A stretch of 64,000 bases of DNA, taken from assembly GCA_013239625.1 (NCBI GenBank), contig MU053379.1, positions 2,648,866-2,712,865 of the forward strand. The letters are read 5' to 3'. Within the stretch, counting starts at the first letter, position 1. Every line of letters starts with the position of its first letter. A program made the position numbers and the translations under genes. The notes below the pieces were generated by a model. It did not search any database. It saw nothing but the letters and a program-made list of their open reading frames with translations, and was not told where the DNA came from. Source of the DNA: Lama guanicoe (Eukaryota). This document shows positions 12,643 to 25,859 of the stretch, one piece after another.

Positions 12643-15600
12643 GACTAACGTGAAGTGAAAGTATCTTCATTCGCGGACGTGATTCACGCCTGCTCACTCC
12701 CGATGACTTTTCTCATCTCCAGGGACTCACTTTGCAGACTCCCAGAACAAAAGAAAAGCAGGCCTCTGTGAGCAGGGTCAGACCTTTTTTTGGAATCAGC
12801 TTATTGTCACTTTTTATGGGCTCGCTGTGAGTCTCTGGGGTGAAGGATCTTAAATAGGTCATGCGCTCTTCTCGATGGCACAGAACAGGCTAGGGCCTTT
12901 GCATCGAGACCCCGGGAGCCGTCCTCTCTAGGGAGAGTAGCACTTGGGGCCACCGTGTGAGACCGAGACTGGGCAAGGCCGTCTCCTGAGCCGAGATTTC
13001 ACCTCTAACTGTAGTTCTCCGAAGACTCCTTTCAAACAGAGCTGACGAGAGTCCTCCCCACACTCCCAGCTGAGTCAGCTTCCCAGACATCAGGGTTAAT
13101 GTTAATTTACTCTTCCTATAAGCAACCGATTGTGACCATTCCAGAGTCTACTATTCTGTACATCAGGGGGAGGGGGAGGGTGGGGAGGGGGGTATTATAA
13201 AAAGACGGCTTCCTGGGTCCCTGTTACAACTCAGTCGAGCTGGGCTGGGCCCTAGGAAGGTATGTTTTTAGCAGACTCTCCAGGTAATTCTGACCTGCAG
13301 CTGGGTTTCGTAGCCACTTATGTAGACATTTCCGCAAACCCGCAATCTTACCTGTAAGGAAACCTATTTCCTCCTGTGACTGCTCGTTGTAACTGAACCC
13401 TTTTTATGGGCTGGTTTTTCCCAGCCATATTTTCTAATTCTCAACAAATCATGTAACTTCTGAGACACATCATTACTTCAGGGCTTGCCAGGCGTAATTA
13501 TTACCGTATCATTAAACATCGCATAGCTGAAATCATCACTCCAAGTTGAGAGCACTTACATGCTGAATTGGACCTAGCAGAAGGCTTCCTGCTTAAACTG
13601 TTCACCAGTAAGAATGAGGCCCAAGAAGATGTGTCTGCCAAGCCTGAGGAGACCTGCCCTCGTGGTGTTAGCAAAGCCTTCGTAACCACCAGCATTTGCT
13701 CAAAACGGAAAACCCTCCCTCAGCTCCCCCGCCCCGACTGGAAGCGGTCTTACTTGCTTCTGAATTCCCACGACGCTTTGTTTTCCCAGCCCTGTGGAAT
13801 AATGGATTTCGTCTTGTACTTTGCCATCTCCTGTGTGCGAAGGCTGTCTGACTCATCCTTTATAGCCGCTGTCTTGTATATGCTCCAGGGACAAGTGTGA
13901 AATATTTTTGCTTCAAATGTAGCGAGATGAAAACATCATACATCTTTTCCCATAAGTCTTAAAGTAAAACTCAGTTTCATTTTAGCCTTTTTTGCCAGAA
14001 CTCCCAAGTTTTCTTCTTATTTGTTCAATAGACATTTCAAACATGACACTCATTTTCTCTTTTTCAGTAAGGACTTATGTTTCACTTTGATTCAGAGATA
14101 CATACACTTTTCATCGGAAATCCTGAATCCCCAGATCTTCCCCCCAACCCCTTACCCTGGCTACCAGCCCCTGCCCCAGTTATGCCCAGTTGTGCCTTAT
14201 TGTTGGGTCCAGTGCTGACTCGAGATTCTTGCCCGGGGACACAAGCCTGGACTCGGGCAGGCTTAAGAGACTTGCTCCTCGGCCCGTTTCCCCGGGCTCC
14301 GTCCCGGTTCCTACTGGGGTTCCAGCAGGGAAGCCACTCAAGGTGGCGCCCGCCCCAGGAACACTCCACCCCTTCTAGAAGTGCTCGGAATCCTTGACCC
14401 CACGCCTCTGTCCCTCTGGTCTCCTGGAGGTGCCCTTACCTACAGCGTCATGGCCACGAACGCAGCTGCTGTGTTATTTTTACTAACACAACAAAAACGA
14501 AGTACGTAGCCAGCTATGTCCAGAAATCTCTTTTGTGATCTAAGCAGGCAAACTAGTGCTGAAGACAGTTAAACACTTTTCAAGTAAAAACTACATTCTC
14601 TTCATTGGTTCTATGCTTGTCATAAACATTTCATTGTGGTTTGCTTTGCCCTGTATTTTCCCTCTAATGTTGGAAATTCACACAGCTCCTGACTTTTATT
14701 TTGTGTATTTTTTGTTATTCTGAGTGTTTTTATGTGCTTTCTGAACTCGTCACCTCTGTGGAGATAAAAATCACTCCCACGAGAAGCAGAGTCCATCTGC
14801 CATAACTCCTGACTTTTCAATCCTATCATTTTATCATTAATTTTGTGAAATTGTGTGGTATCACTGAACCAAGTTAAATCTGAGTTATTCTTTGACTAGT
14901 AAAATACGCAGTTAGGTAGAGTGTCTTTCTTGAGCTGAGATTTACTGTCACTTGGCAAGTATTTTTGTCATTTTTTTTTTGAAGAATTCAGAAAGCAGAG
15001 ATTTTAGTAAATTAAACTGTAACCTTTAGATTGATGTGGGGTAATTATTTTCCCTCTGCATTATCTGTGTGTTCAAATAAAAGCGTTAATGAGAACAGTC
15101 AGTAAACCCCGTGCTTTGGTTGTCCTCGCTATGCCCCTCCCCCACAAAGCAAATCAGCAAAAACGTAAAAATGAAACACAATAAGCATTCACCTCGCCGC
15201 CTGGCAGGCTTCTAACGCCCAGAAGGGTAAGCGACGTGGAAAGTTTTTGTGTTTCTTTTATCATGTTCACCATAAATTGGCCACGTGCCCCTCTCCGCTT
15301 GGAGGGTGAGCATGTTTAGACCTAATTTGGTAGCTGTCCTCCCGAAGCCGGGAGTGAAATGCAATACCTCTTACTCATTTCCCTGGACACTCTAATCCCG
15401 CCCTGCTTTACAAGTATCTTTGAGCTGTTCCTTCCTTTGTATCCACAGCAACGAGAAATCCCCACTGGAATTATCTGCTGTGAAAATGCAGGTGTGCTTG
15501 TTTAATGTTTCATTGGCCTGAGCACTTCACTCCAGCTTTTGTGTGTGTTCCACGACACGGTGACCTCTGATTTCAGAGCAGAGGGCTCACAGGATGTCAG

Positions 15601-16164
15601 ATTCTGCTTGTTTACCCGAAGCCGCCGGCGTCAGATCTGAGACCACGCTTTCACTGAGATGCCGCTGTCCTGCGCCTCGTCTGTCCCGGGTCCAGACCCG
15701 AGATTCACCCCGTGACCTGGTCTTCCAGGTGCAGGAACTTCTCTGAGTATTCAGCGGTAGTCACGATAAAAGTCCTCAGTGTTTCATCTCCATGTTTCAT
15801 CCTCAGAAGAGCTGAAATGCATTTGTACGTTATAAATGCTGTGATTTTTGGACCGATACTCTTAGATTGTTATAAATGTAAGAAATGAAATGTTTGGGTG
15901 CTTCTAAGTCAGATTTCAGAGATAACTATCACAGCAAAGATGGGGCTGGAGGAAGGAATGGAGGTGCTGATGGTCACTTCGCGTAAAGCCGTGGAAGCGG
16001 CTGGGAGCCTTTGGAACAGCAGGAGGGTGGGTGTCACAGAGGAGCCTGGGGAGGCGAGGTTACGCCCCCGCCGCCAGGGCCTGATAGGCCACGCTCGTGA
16101 ATTTGGACTTCATGTTTTGGTTGCAAAAATAGTTAACGTTCATTGGAAGTGTTCCACGCAGCAG

Positions 16165-16390
16165 GCCGTATCTTAAGCATCTCACAGGTACTGTTTCACT
16201 TAATCCTCACGGCGCCCCTGCGAGGCCCCGGGCTCTGTGGCTCCCACTTCTCAGGCTGTGGAGCCGAGCCTCAGAGGGGTTAAACAGCCCGCCCGAGGTC
16301 AGGGAGCTCGAGGGGGCCGCAGCCTGGAGGCCGGCCGGGCGGCGCGCCCCCGAGCCCCCGGCCTGAGCTGCTCTGCCCTGCTTCCGCCGA
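16165..16390 (-). mobile_element. MIR SINE, GC-shifted
   Basis: cacttaatcctcac...cctcagaggggttaa...cccgaggtca, the MIR core. Confidence 0.65.
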
Positions 16391-16805
16391 GGGGGGCGGC
16401 AAACTCGGGGCCTTCACGTCCTCTCGCTAACTGATTCACTCGTGCTGCCGCCCGTGTACAGTGCTGTGCCGGCTTCAGGCGTACAGCACAGTCAGCCAGT
16501 CCCGCACGGACCTTTATGTCTTCCTTCTCGCGTTCTCATGGGGCCTTGAAAACCAGGAACGACTGAGTTGGATTTAATTTAAAGAGTTTTCCAGTAGCCT
16601 GTGTGAGAGCTGGGCCGCAAAGGGAGACTCCTTCCCGGGGGCTGGCCCTGCGGCCGTTCTCTCTGGACGGGAAGGTTCGCTAAGGCCGCGCGTCCCAGGA
16701 ACAGTCGGGCATTCAGAAACCGCTGAGGTAAAAGCGCCTGGACCAGGCGGCCAGTTGTGGGAAGGGAGCAGGTGGGTAAAGGTCTGCTGAGGTTGGCTCC
16801 CCAAT

Positions 16806-17812
16806 TTTTTTTTAATTAAAAAAATTTTTAGTTGAAATATAGTCAGTTTACAATGTTGTGTCAACTTCTGGTGTACAGCACATGCTTCAGTCATACATGA
16901 ACACACATCTATTCTTTTTCATACTCTTTTTCATTATAGGTTACTACGAGAACCTGAATATGGTTCCCTGTATGTAGGACCTTGTTGTTTATTTTATATA
17001 TAGTAGTGTGTACCTGCAAATCCCAAACTCCCAATTTATCCCTTCCCACCACCTTTCCCCCTTGGACCCACCATAAGATTGTTTTCTATGTCTTTGAGTC
17101 TGTCTCTGTTTTATAAATATGTTCATTTGTGTCAATTTTTTTTAGATTTCACATATAAGTGATATGATATTTGTCTTTCTCTGACTTACTTCACTTAGAA
17201 TGGTATCTCCAGGTCCATCCATGTTGCTGCATATGGCATTATTTTATTCTTTTTTATGGCTGAATAGTATTCCGTTATATAAATATACCACATCTTCTTT
17301 ATATAGTCATCCGTCAATGGACATTTAGGTTGCTTCCATGTCTTGGCTGTTGTAAATAGTGCTGCTGTGAACACTGGGGTGCAGGTGTCTTTTCCAGTTA
17401 GCGTTCCCTCCAGATAGATGCTCAGGACTGGGATTGGTGAATTGTATGGTAACTCTATTCTTAGTTTTTATTTTCCTTGAAATTCAAACATTTTTATATT
17501 ATTTAAATTACAATTTGGGACTTGTCAAAGTTACGTTTCATAAATCTTTAAGGAACAAAGCTTTTTTTTTAAATTGGAGTACAGTCAGTTACAATGTGTC
17601 AACTTATTTTTAGTTTTTTAAGGAACCTCCGTGCTGTCCTCCCCAGTGGCTGCAGCACTGCATCCCCACCAGCAGTGCGGGAGGGCTCCCTTTGCTCTGC
17701 AGCCTCTCCAGCATTTATCGTTTGTGGACTTTTGAGTGATGGCCATTCTGACTGGTGTGAGGTGACACCTCATTGTAGTTTTGATGTGCATTTCACTGAT
17801 GATTAGCGATAT
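16806..17812 (-). mobile_element. 5'-truncated L1 3' end, interrupted at 17470-17604
   Basis: T tail, 3' UTR (tacagtcagtttacaatgttgtg-type), then ORF2 C-terminus antisense. Near-identical stretches to the 7.6-8.3 kb copy. Confidence 0.9.
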
Positions 17813-20800
17813 GGTAAATTCTTAACTTGAGAGGTGGTCGGTTGCCTGTGCCTTTGGTGGAGAGAAAGGAGGAGGGGGTGGGGCTGTCAGGGCCTTTGTT
17901 TGGACACGTGCTGACGTGGGGTGCCCGTGGAGCGGCCGTGTTGGGACTGACGTGCATTCAGTTTCTCAGAGAGCTGCAGTGTAAGGGTAGAGATGAAGTC
18001 ATGGGGTTGACAGCAGCCCCAGGGGAAGCGTGGAGAAGGGTAGATGGGCTGAGGAGGTGAAGCCGCTGAAGAAAGCAGCTAGAAAGGAGAACCTGGAGAC
18101 AGTGCTGTCCCTGGCAGCTTGTGCTCTGGCAGGAGCACCTGGCGGGGCCTCCCCAGGGCCCCGCTCGCACCCTTTCCTCCGCCCCTTGCTGCTCAGGGTT
18201 CCCGTCAGCAGTGGCGCCTCACCCAGCATTGCTGGTCCCTGGATGACTCCTGAACCCTGCACACACCAATGCTTTGTTCTGTCTGACCCTGCGGAGTCAG
18301 CCATCTCCTTCCTGCCTGGACCCTGGTTGATACAAGGGTCCTCCCTCATCCCTGCCCACCTTCCCTTTATGAGTCAATGAATAGAGACTTTTAGTTGCCT
18401 CCCAGTATTTATTCTGTACTTTGTCCTTGATTTTTAAAAAACCCTGGGCAGTGTGGTTCCTGGAAAAACTACTGTTTTTCTTCGAAAAACCACATTTTCT
18501 AGCCTCCCTTGCGGCCACATTTGGCCATGTCACTAAGTTCTGCCTGCCAACAGAAATATCACGCGAGACTTTCAGGAAAGCTCCTTAATGGGTAGCCCTT
18601 CCTAGCCCATTCCTCCTCCCTTCTGCCTGTAATGCGGATGTAGGATGTGATGGCTGGAGCTCCAGGAGCCACCTTGGACCTGAGGTGACCTTGAGAACAG
18701 AAGGCACACACTGAGAAGTAGAGATGCAGGGTCGTGGCCCTGCAGACACCCTGGCTCCACCTTATCAGCACTAGACTGGTTACTTCCAGGTTTCCTAAGT
18801 ACAGCTGAAGAGAAGCTTACTGGCATAGGGATAGGGAGAGACAGGAGGGGAAGTTGAGGAGACAGGGTTCATGGGAGACCCTTCTCTTCTGAATCAGGGG
18901 GAAATGGAAGACACCCTTGTAGATGCGTCCAGGGGAGGCAAGAAGGGAAATGGAGGTGGGGGGGTCTTCTTGCCAGGGGGCTGGTTTCTGTTTTCCTTAT
19001 GACATGGGAGAATGAGGAAGGGTGAGGTAGGGACCTTGAAACATCCACAGTGAAGGATGCAAAAAGGATTTGGCCAAAAAGAAGAAGGGTGAAAAACTGG
19101 TTCCTCTGTAGATAAAAATTCGGAAAAGGCCCCTCCCCCGATCTTTCGGCGCAATCTCTAATTGCGCAACAGCGTACTTCAGGGTAAGACAGTGTGGTAA
19201 TTCGGCAATTTACAAGTCATTTGACAAGTGACCCACGTTGTTAGATTACATTATCAGAGACAAAGAGATGGCTTTTGCAGTAGAAGATAGAGCTGGGTAA
19301 CTCCCAAGCCTTCTGTTCACACAGAGATGTACAAGGGCCGGCAGATAGCTGCGCTGTTAGTACGACACAAACCACATTCTGGTCACACGGTCTCCAAAGC
19401 CAAAATGCATGTGAACACGTGTTATTGTTTCTGTTTTCCGTTAAGCAGCAATACATCGAAGGCCTGTCGCTGGGTTTGATTGTGACCTTTATGTTACTTG
19501 AACATACTCAAAATTTCTGTTCTGATTAGAAGGTAAGATGTGCTTGGTATTCTTTGCATCAAATAAGAATATTCATTAGTAAATGACACACATCCTCAGG
19601 GACTTTACAGCAAAACCTTGCATAATATTTAGCTATTTTTAAACGTCAGGTGCAGTTGAGTTTATTACAGCGCCGACGGCACCGTCACCAAAAGTCTCCT
19701 GCTTTTAGTGGCTCGTACTTAACAGATTGTCCGTAAACTGATAGCACTTCCACGTTTGGAAAATTTCCAGTCCCCTCCTGGGAGAGGAAGGCAGGTGTTT
19801 CGCTCTAACTTGGAGAAGGTTTCTTTTTTGGTATTTGGTTGCTTTAAGGGGACATGTGAACTAAGAAGAGATTTTTAGGGAAAGAAAAAGCGTTCTCATC
19901 ATCCTGAAGGCTGGAAGATGCGCTCAGCCCTGAAATGCGGCCGGCTCCAGCTGGAGGGCAGATCTGCCGCAGGAGTGTTTTAAGCACCGAAGGGAAACGC
20001 GGAGGGAGGGGGTTTCCAGGAGCCTGTACATATGCTGGGCGAGCTGCTTACCGCCTGTCACCGCGGGGCTGGTTCCAGGGCAGCCTGGGTGAGCGGGGAG
20101 GGCTCTCCTGCGGTCAGGGAAGAGGGCTTTCCTTTCTGGCCCTGCTGCTCCTGAGCTTCATGACCGCAAACGGACTGCCTACCGTTTCCAACCTTGATTT
20201 TCTTCTGTATGAAGTACGGGTAACATGAACCTGCCTCCCGCCTCCGGCAGAAATCAAGGGAGGTCAGTCTCCGTGGTGATGCTCATGGGCACGCCTCGGG
20301 CCACGAAAAACCTGATGAAGAGACAAGGCAGCTTTGCTCTTAAAAGGAATCCTCTAGAATTCTCTCCCTGTGATGCTGCGGTGTCCTGATTTGGGCGGCT
20401 ACGTAGATCTATAAGTAATGCAGCTGATGTTGACCCATGAGAATTAGATGATCTTTGGATCCCTGTCAACAATTCGGGATCTACAGGGCCGTGGGGGCCG
20501 GGGTCAGATGAGACACGCTGGCCAGACGGCCCGGGTTCACACCCTGCCTCCAGACTTCCCAGCTGTACCATCTTGGGCAAACCACTCTGCCTCCGCTCCA
20601 CATAATAAAACGGGATAGCAACACTGCTGACCTCACCGCACCGCTGCAAGGGTGGAGTGAGGGCCAGCAGAGCCCCTGGCCGCAGGCACTCAGCAAGCTT
20701 TCACCGTGGCGGCTCGGATTCCAAGCAACTCCTCAGAGCTAGTCAGAAGCTCAGACTTTGCATTGGCTATACTAAATTTACCAGCCTCCTTCCAATTTGA

Positions 20801-21082
20801 GGTTTTATTTTGTTTTACTCTGAGAAGCAAATTTGAAAAAATGAAACAGCGTCTGCCTTTACAGAGTCGCAGCTTCTGGAAGTTTCCGCCACCTGCCGCC
20901 CAGGGCCACCTTCCTTCCTTCATTCACACGGTCGGTTCTCTTTGAAGCTTTGTGCGGGAGGAGCTACTCTGTGCAAAGGAGCAGTGCACAACTGGACGGC
21001 ACGTGCAGTAAGGGAGAACTGAATTTGAATGAACTTCCCCGGAATCGTACCTCACCTTCCTTTCTTCTTTTTTCCTCCTTAG

Positions 21083-21181
21083 CTCTCACCTGAAGTTTAG
21101 CAACCTCACCCTGATTTCAACGCACGGACTCCCAGGGAAAAAACTTCTGGGCAGCGAGCAACGAAAGTTTCTAGCAAGCGA
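21083..21181 (+). CDS. CFAP61: CFAP61 internal coding exon (99 nt, phase 2->2): (C)SHLKFSNLTLISTHGLPGKKLLGSEQRKFLAS(D)
   Basis: Acceptor tttcctccttag and donor GA|gtatga. Completes the TGC and GAC codons with its neighbours. Not in the ORF track. Confidence 0.93.
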
Positions 21182-22394
21182 GTATGAACTCCATTTGCGT
21201 TTTTCACGCTGAAGCTGCGTATCCTGGTCGGTGCACCGTCAAGTCTAGGCTGGTGGGGGGTGCTTTTCTCCTGGGTTCAGGCCTTCCTTAGGGGACACTG
21301 GCAGGGCTGGGAGGTCGCCTGCCCTGTTCCAAACACCGGGGACGGCTCTGCTGACCTAGACGCTGCTCCCCAACGCCGCCCCCTGCATTCGGGTTCTGAG
21401 TGACAGTCCAGCGCAGGGGAGCCTGGGGACTATTTGCATCAGACCAGGCGCCCCCAGCCCTTCCTAATCTGGGGCTGATCAGGTCGAGGCCTTCTGAGCT
21501 GGTCCTTCGTGGCCCCCATCCCAGAGTCGCTCTTTGACAGCGTCCTTCCTAAAAGATGGCATTTCATTATCACACAGCTTCCACGTTCACTTTAATTTCC
21601 TGGAGCAAAGCGCAGGCACAGGAGTGGTCAGGCTCCCTGCCTCTAGAAACAATGTCCCAATTTTCCCGGCAGGGAGGGAGGAAATTGTTCTCTCTCGGGG
21701 ACTTTTCGTTTTAGATGCGTGACGAAGGGTCCTCCTTACGCTGTGAAGAGGCTTACTTTGCCCTCAAACAGCGAGAAAATCTGCAGCTTCCTTGCCAGAA
21801 GCACTGGGCTCATTTCGACCTAATACTTTTATCAGCCTATAAACTTTGGTGGATTTTGGAGGACATGGTCGGGTGCAGTGAAAAAGGCATGGCTTTTGAG
21901 CCAGGTCAGTGTGGATTCAGATCCCCCCGCCCCGCCCACGAGGGGGAGTCCAGCTCTCTGAACTGTGGGCTTTTTTGACTGTTAGACCATATGATAAGCC
22001 AAACTTTGCTGGATTTTTTGATTAAAATTAGTCTAACGCCAGCTTCTGGCCAAGAGTAGAGAATCAACATGGGTCTCCCCCTGCCCTCATTTCCCTCTTT
22101 CCAAGTTACCAACTCCCTGGAAACGCTGGTGTTAATCCCACACGTCTCAGGAGGAAGTGAATTCAGCCGGCTTGGCAGGTTTCCTTCAGTCCCAGGTCAG
22201 GTGTGTAGTGGTGAGGACGGCTAGTGTGTGGCCTTGTGCTGGTGTGATTGTACGCAGGGTCCGCGTGTGGCTGGGTGGACTGTAACCTGGTGTCCCTGCC
22301 TCTGTCCTTGCCTCTCCACCATCTCAGCCCGGTTGCAGAGCAAGGCTGCAAAGATGAGAATCAGATCATGTCACTTCCTGAGCAGCCTAGAACC

Positions 22395-22555
22395 ACACTG
22401 TCCAACGTGGTGGCAGTGAGCCGCACGTGGCTGCTTTGATTTAAATTAATTGAAGTTACAGGAGATCAAAACTCGGCTCCTCGATTACATTAGCCATAAT
22501 TCAAGTGCTCAGATAGCCACACGAGGCTGGTAGCTGCCACGTCAGACAGCACTGC
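22395..22555. mobile_element. MER3/MER33-like MITE
   Basis: cactgtccaa...atttaaattaattgaagtt...gtcagacagcactg. A related copy lies at about 51740-51935. Confidence 0.6.
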
Positions 22556-24994
22556 TGCCGAACAAGTCTGTCATCACAGGAAGTTCCAGATGCCCCAGCC
22601 CCAGCCTGGCCTTGTTGGGCTGGCCTCTCCGAGCTCCTCTTTCACTGTTTTGGCCTTTGTTCCCCCGACAGTGGCCGTACCAGCCTCCCCGGTGTTAACG
22701 CAGCAGCCACGTCCCCACCGTGGGGTCTTTGCTTCTCTCTCTCTTTGCTGAAATGTCACCTTTTCCGTGTGACCTACTCAGACCACCTGATCATTTGCAA
22801 CCAACTCTCCGGCACACTCCGGTCCTCCTCCCCTGCTGCTGAAATCCTTCTGAGTAGTCACATAATCTGCCTTTGAAGCTGTTGACGTGGAGTCCTTCTG
22901 CCGTAGGCAGACCCCACGCGGGCAGGCGCTTTCTGCCTTTTGCGCACTGATGAGCCCCGGCATCTAGGACAGTGCTTGGCACTTAGCAGGTGCCCAGGAA
23001 ACAACGTCAAATAGATGGCAGTTCCCTCCGGAAGACCTGCAGGAGTCCCCTCCATCAGGTGACAGACGGGGCCAACATGGCCAGATGCCTCTGGATGGGT
23101 GCCTGTGTGTTTTAACTCTTAGAAGCCTCCCAGCGAGCCAGAAACCGGATGCTGCCTTTCAGGTGGCCCTCCCACCCCAATACAGGAAATGTTGTCTGGT
23201 CATGGAGTTTAAAATTTACAAGTGCATTGACATCCGTAAATTTAGCAGTCCTCGTGCTGAATACAAATTTGGAACTTTTCCATAACCAACGTTTTGATAT
23301 ATTATTGTGGTTACTAGTTTTTGAATAGCCGTTTTTTGCCTCCTCCCCCCGCCCCCCGTCCAGCCGCTGGTGGAGGTGCTAATGATGTGCCCGGGCTGCC
23401 GCAGGAAGGAGGCGGTGGGAGGGAGGAGGAACATCAAGCGGGGCGTCCACTAACTGGACACTCAGCCCGAACACCCGAGAGTTAACCACGGCGCTCCGTC
23501 TTCTCAGAGTGGTGTCACGGTGCAGCCTTGGTGAGAACCGGGAGGTTTTTTCTGGTTCTTTCTGGTTCTGACGCCCCGACGTGCAGCCCTCAGCGCGCTC
23601 ACCATCGCTCCCCTGGCGTTTGCTCCTAATTGTGCACCTGGAACTTTGGGCTAAATCTTCCAACCACCGGGTTTGGGGTCCCTGCAACTCTGAGCAAGCA
23701 GCTCCCTCTTCACAAATACCCTCTTCCAGGAATTTCCCCATCCCTTCTTCTTCTGCCTCCTTATTGCCTGTCTGCAGAACGTCCTATGAAGACAAGCTTT
23801 CACATGACTTTTGAGTTAGGATCAAGTGCACTTGAGAAAAGTGAAGTTTCATGGACCTCCCGTCTTTGGTTCCTTCTCTCCCTTCCAGAGAGCCCTACTG
23901 GAGACGTTTCTCTTGTCACCAAGCCTTGAGAGGGTCCCTGCCGCGTTAGAATCTTAACACTCATTAACTCTGCTTAGGAATTAATTTAGGAGAAATAGCA
24001 CTTACAGTCTCCAATGTCTAGTTTCACCTACCTGATCGGTAAATTCAAAAAGGTCCAAATGGATTCTAATATCTAAAACAGATAGGAATCACCGACACAG
24101 TGACACTGGAAGCTGGGAAATGTCCCCAGTGTGGTAACAAGCTGGAAAAGCAAGCCTCCCCCATTTTCCGATGCTTCTTAAGGGCCCTAAAATCCCAGTG
24201 ACCCCAGGTGCCAGCTCCTACTGGACAGAGCTGCAGGTTTTGCCCTGGGGTACGCACTGCTGTCCTGCTGCTGTTAAAATTGACCCTGTCCTAGCTCTCC
24301 CCAGTTTCCCCTGAGAACTTTGATCTTTTGAGCAAATCCTCATATGACTAGTCCCGTGCATTAACTGTATTTAATTCTCCCCCGTCGCGGCCGGCCGGCA
24401 GTACCGTCCCCACCGCGGAGGGCCCATGGCGCAAGTTAGAACAGCCTTCAGTGGGTCTCTCGCGAACGTACGAAATCGATGAAGTCCCTTTTTCCCTCTA
24501 AGGCCGCCCAAATGGCTCTTTAAAAAGAGGATTTCATCTCACTGTCTGTTATTTTCCTGTGACGGGGCAGCCCCCGATTTTCTTTCCTTATTAAAAGGAA
24601 ATTTTCTGGGTTTTCAGCGCCTTTGCGTGGAGAGACACAAAGCCCGGCCTCCGTCCGCTTCCGCTGGCGCTGTGACGGGGTCTAATGTGTGTGCATTATC
24701 GGGCTTCTTTCTCTGTGGTGAGAGTAGACTCGTGCATGGATCAAAAAGAAAAAACGCTCTCATCACCGCTTCAGAATCCTGTTTGCCTCCAAGGAGAGTA
24801 AACAGGATTATGTGTCATCAGTGTTACTTGGACTACAACCCACCACATACGCGTCCCACCTGACAAAACAGCATCGCAGTCTGTGTCCGGCCCGCGTGGT
24901 GCTCAAGGCGTGTCTGGAGGGGTAGTTGTCCCACGTTGAGAGGTGAGGAGACCATGGCATTGAAAAGGCACTGATGCTGAGTCCCTGGGGTCCG

Positions 24995-25008
24995 GTCTCC
25001 ATGGCAAC
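24995..25008 (+). promoter_or_regulatory. RFX X-box motif GTCTCCATGGCAAC
   Basis: 14-bp match to the X-box consensus. Motif evidence only. Confidence 0.4.
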
Positions 25009-25859
25009 AGAGCAGGGACACAGACCGTGCATGGCCCGGGGACGCCCCTATGAAAACAGATACTCTTGGTCTCCAGAACAGGATCAGTAAAAAGCCAGGT
25101 ATGTGAGGTCAGACCTTCCAGAAAATTCAGGAAACAACCCTCAAGAAACTCTAAATAAACCCAAAGCCACGGGAAACCCACTTTCCTCCTGATGCAACAT
25201 TGTGTTCAGATTCAGCTAGAGCCCAGAGGAGGAAGCCCGTCCACCCCGACCTGCTGCTTGTGAAGTGGTTCCCCAAAAATCACCTTCGCCCTGAGGAGCG
25301 AATCCCAGAAGTCTCCAGTGACTGGCCTTGACGCCAGCGTAATTCCTTAATTGACATTTTCTCCAAATAAAATGTGTCTTCTTGTTTGGGCGCAGGTCCA
25401 TACACTCATTCTAAGAATGAGTCATTTATTGAAAAGCGTTAGCAAATAGGCAGAGTTCTCAATGTTCTCTGGACCTTGACCCCTGCCTTCGGGGCTCCTC
25501 AGATGTCGCTTTCTCCTTCCTCATTCGCTTTGAGTCAATATCACAATATGACAGTTGTCCATGTGACAGTTTAACAGCTGAAGTAGATTTACACCCACCA
25601 TGAAGTGGAAACATGAGTGTCCACGAATGATCACTCACACACACCCTCCCTGTTGTGGACCAGCCTGCCCCAGGCAGAACAACTTAGCATTAATGGGAAG
25701 GTGTCAATCTGTGACTAAGTGTCTTGGAACGAAAAGGCTCCCAGCCAGCCTAGGTGCGGGTAGATGCCCAGCAAGAGCACAGACTCGGCCCGCTAGGGGA
25801 CTGGAACCAGCTCGCCAGATGTCCGATTAATGCGCACTGTCAGCTGCTCAAATGTCACT

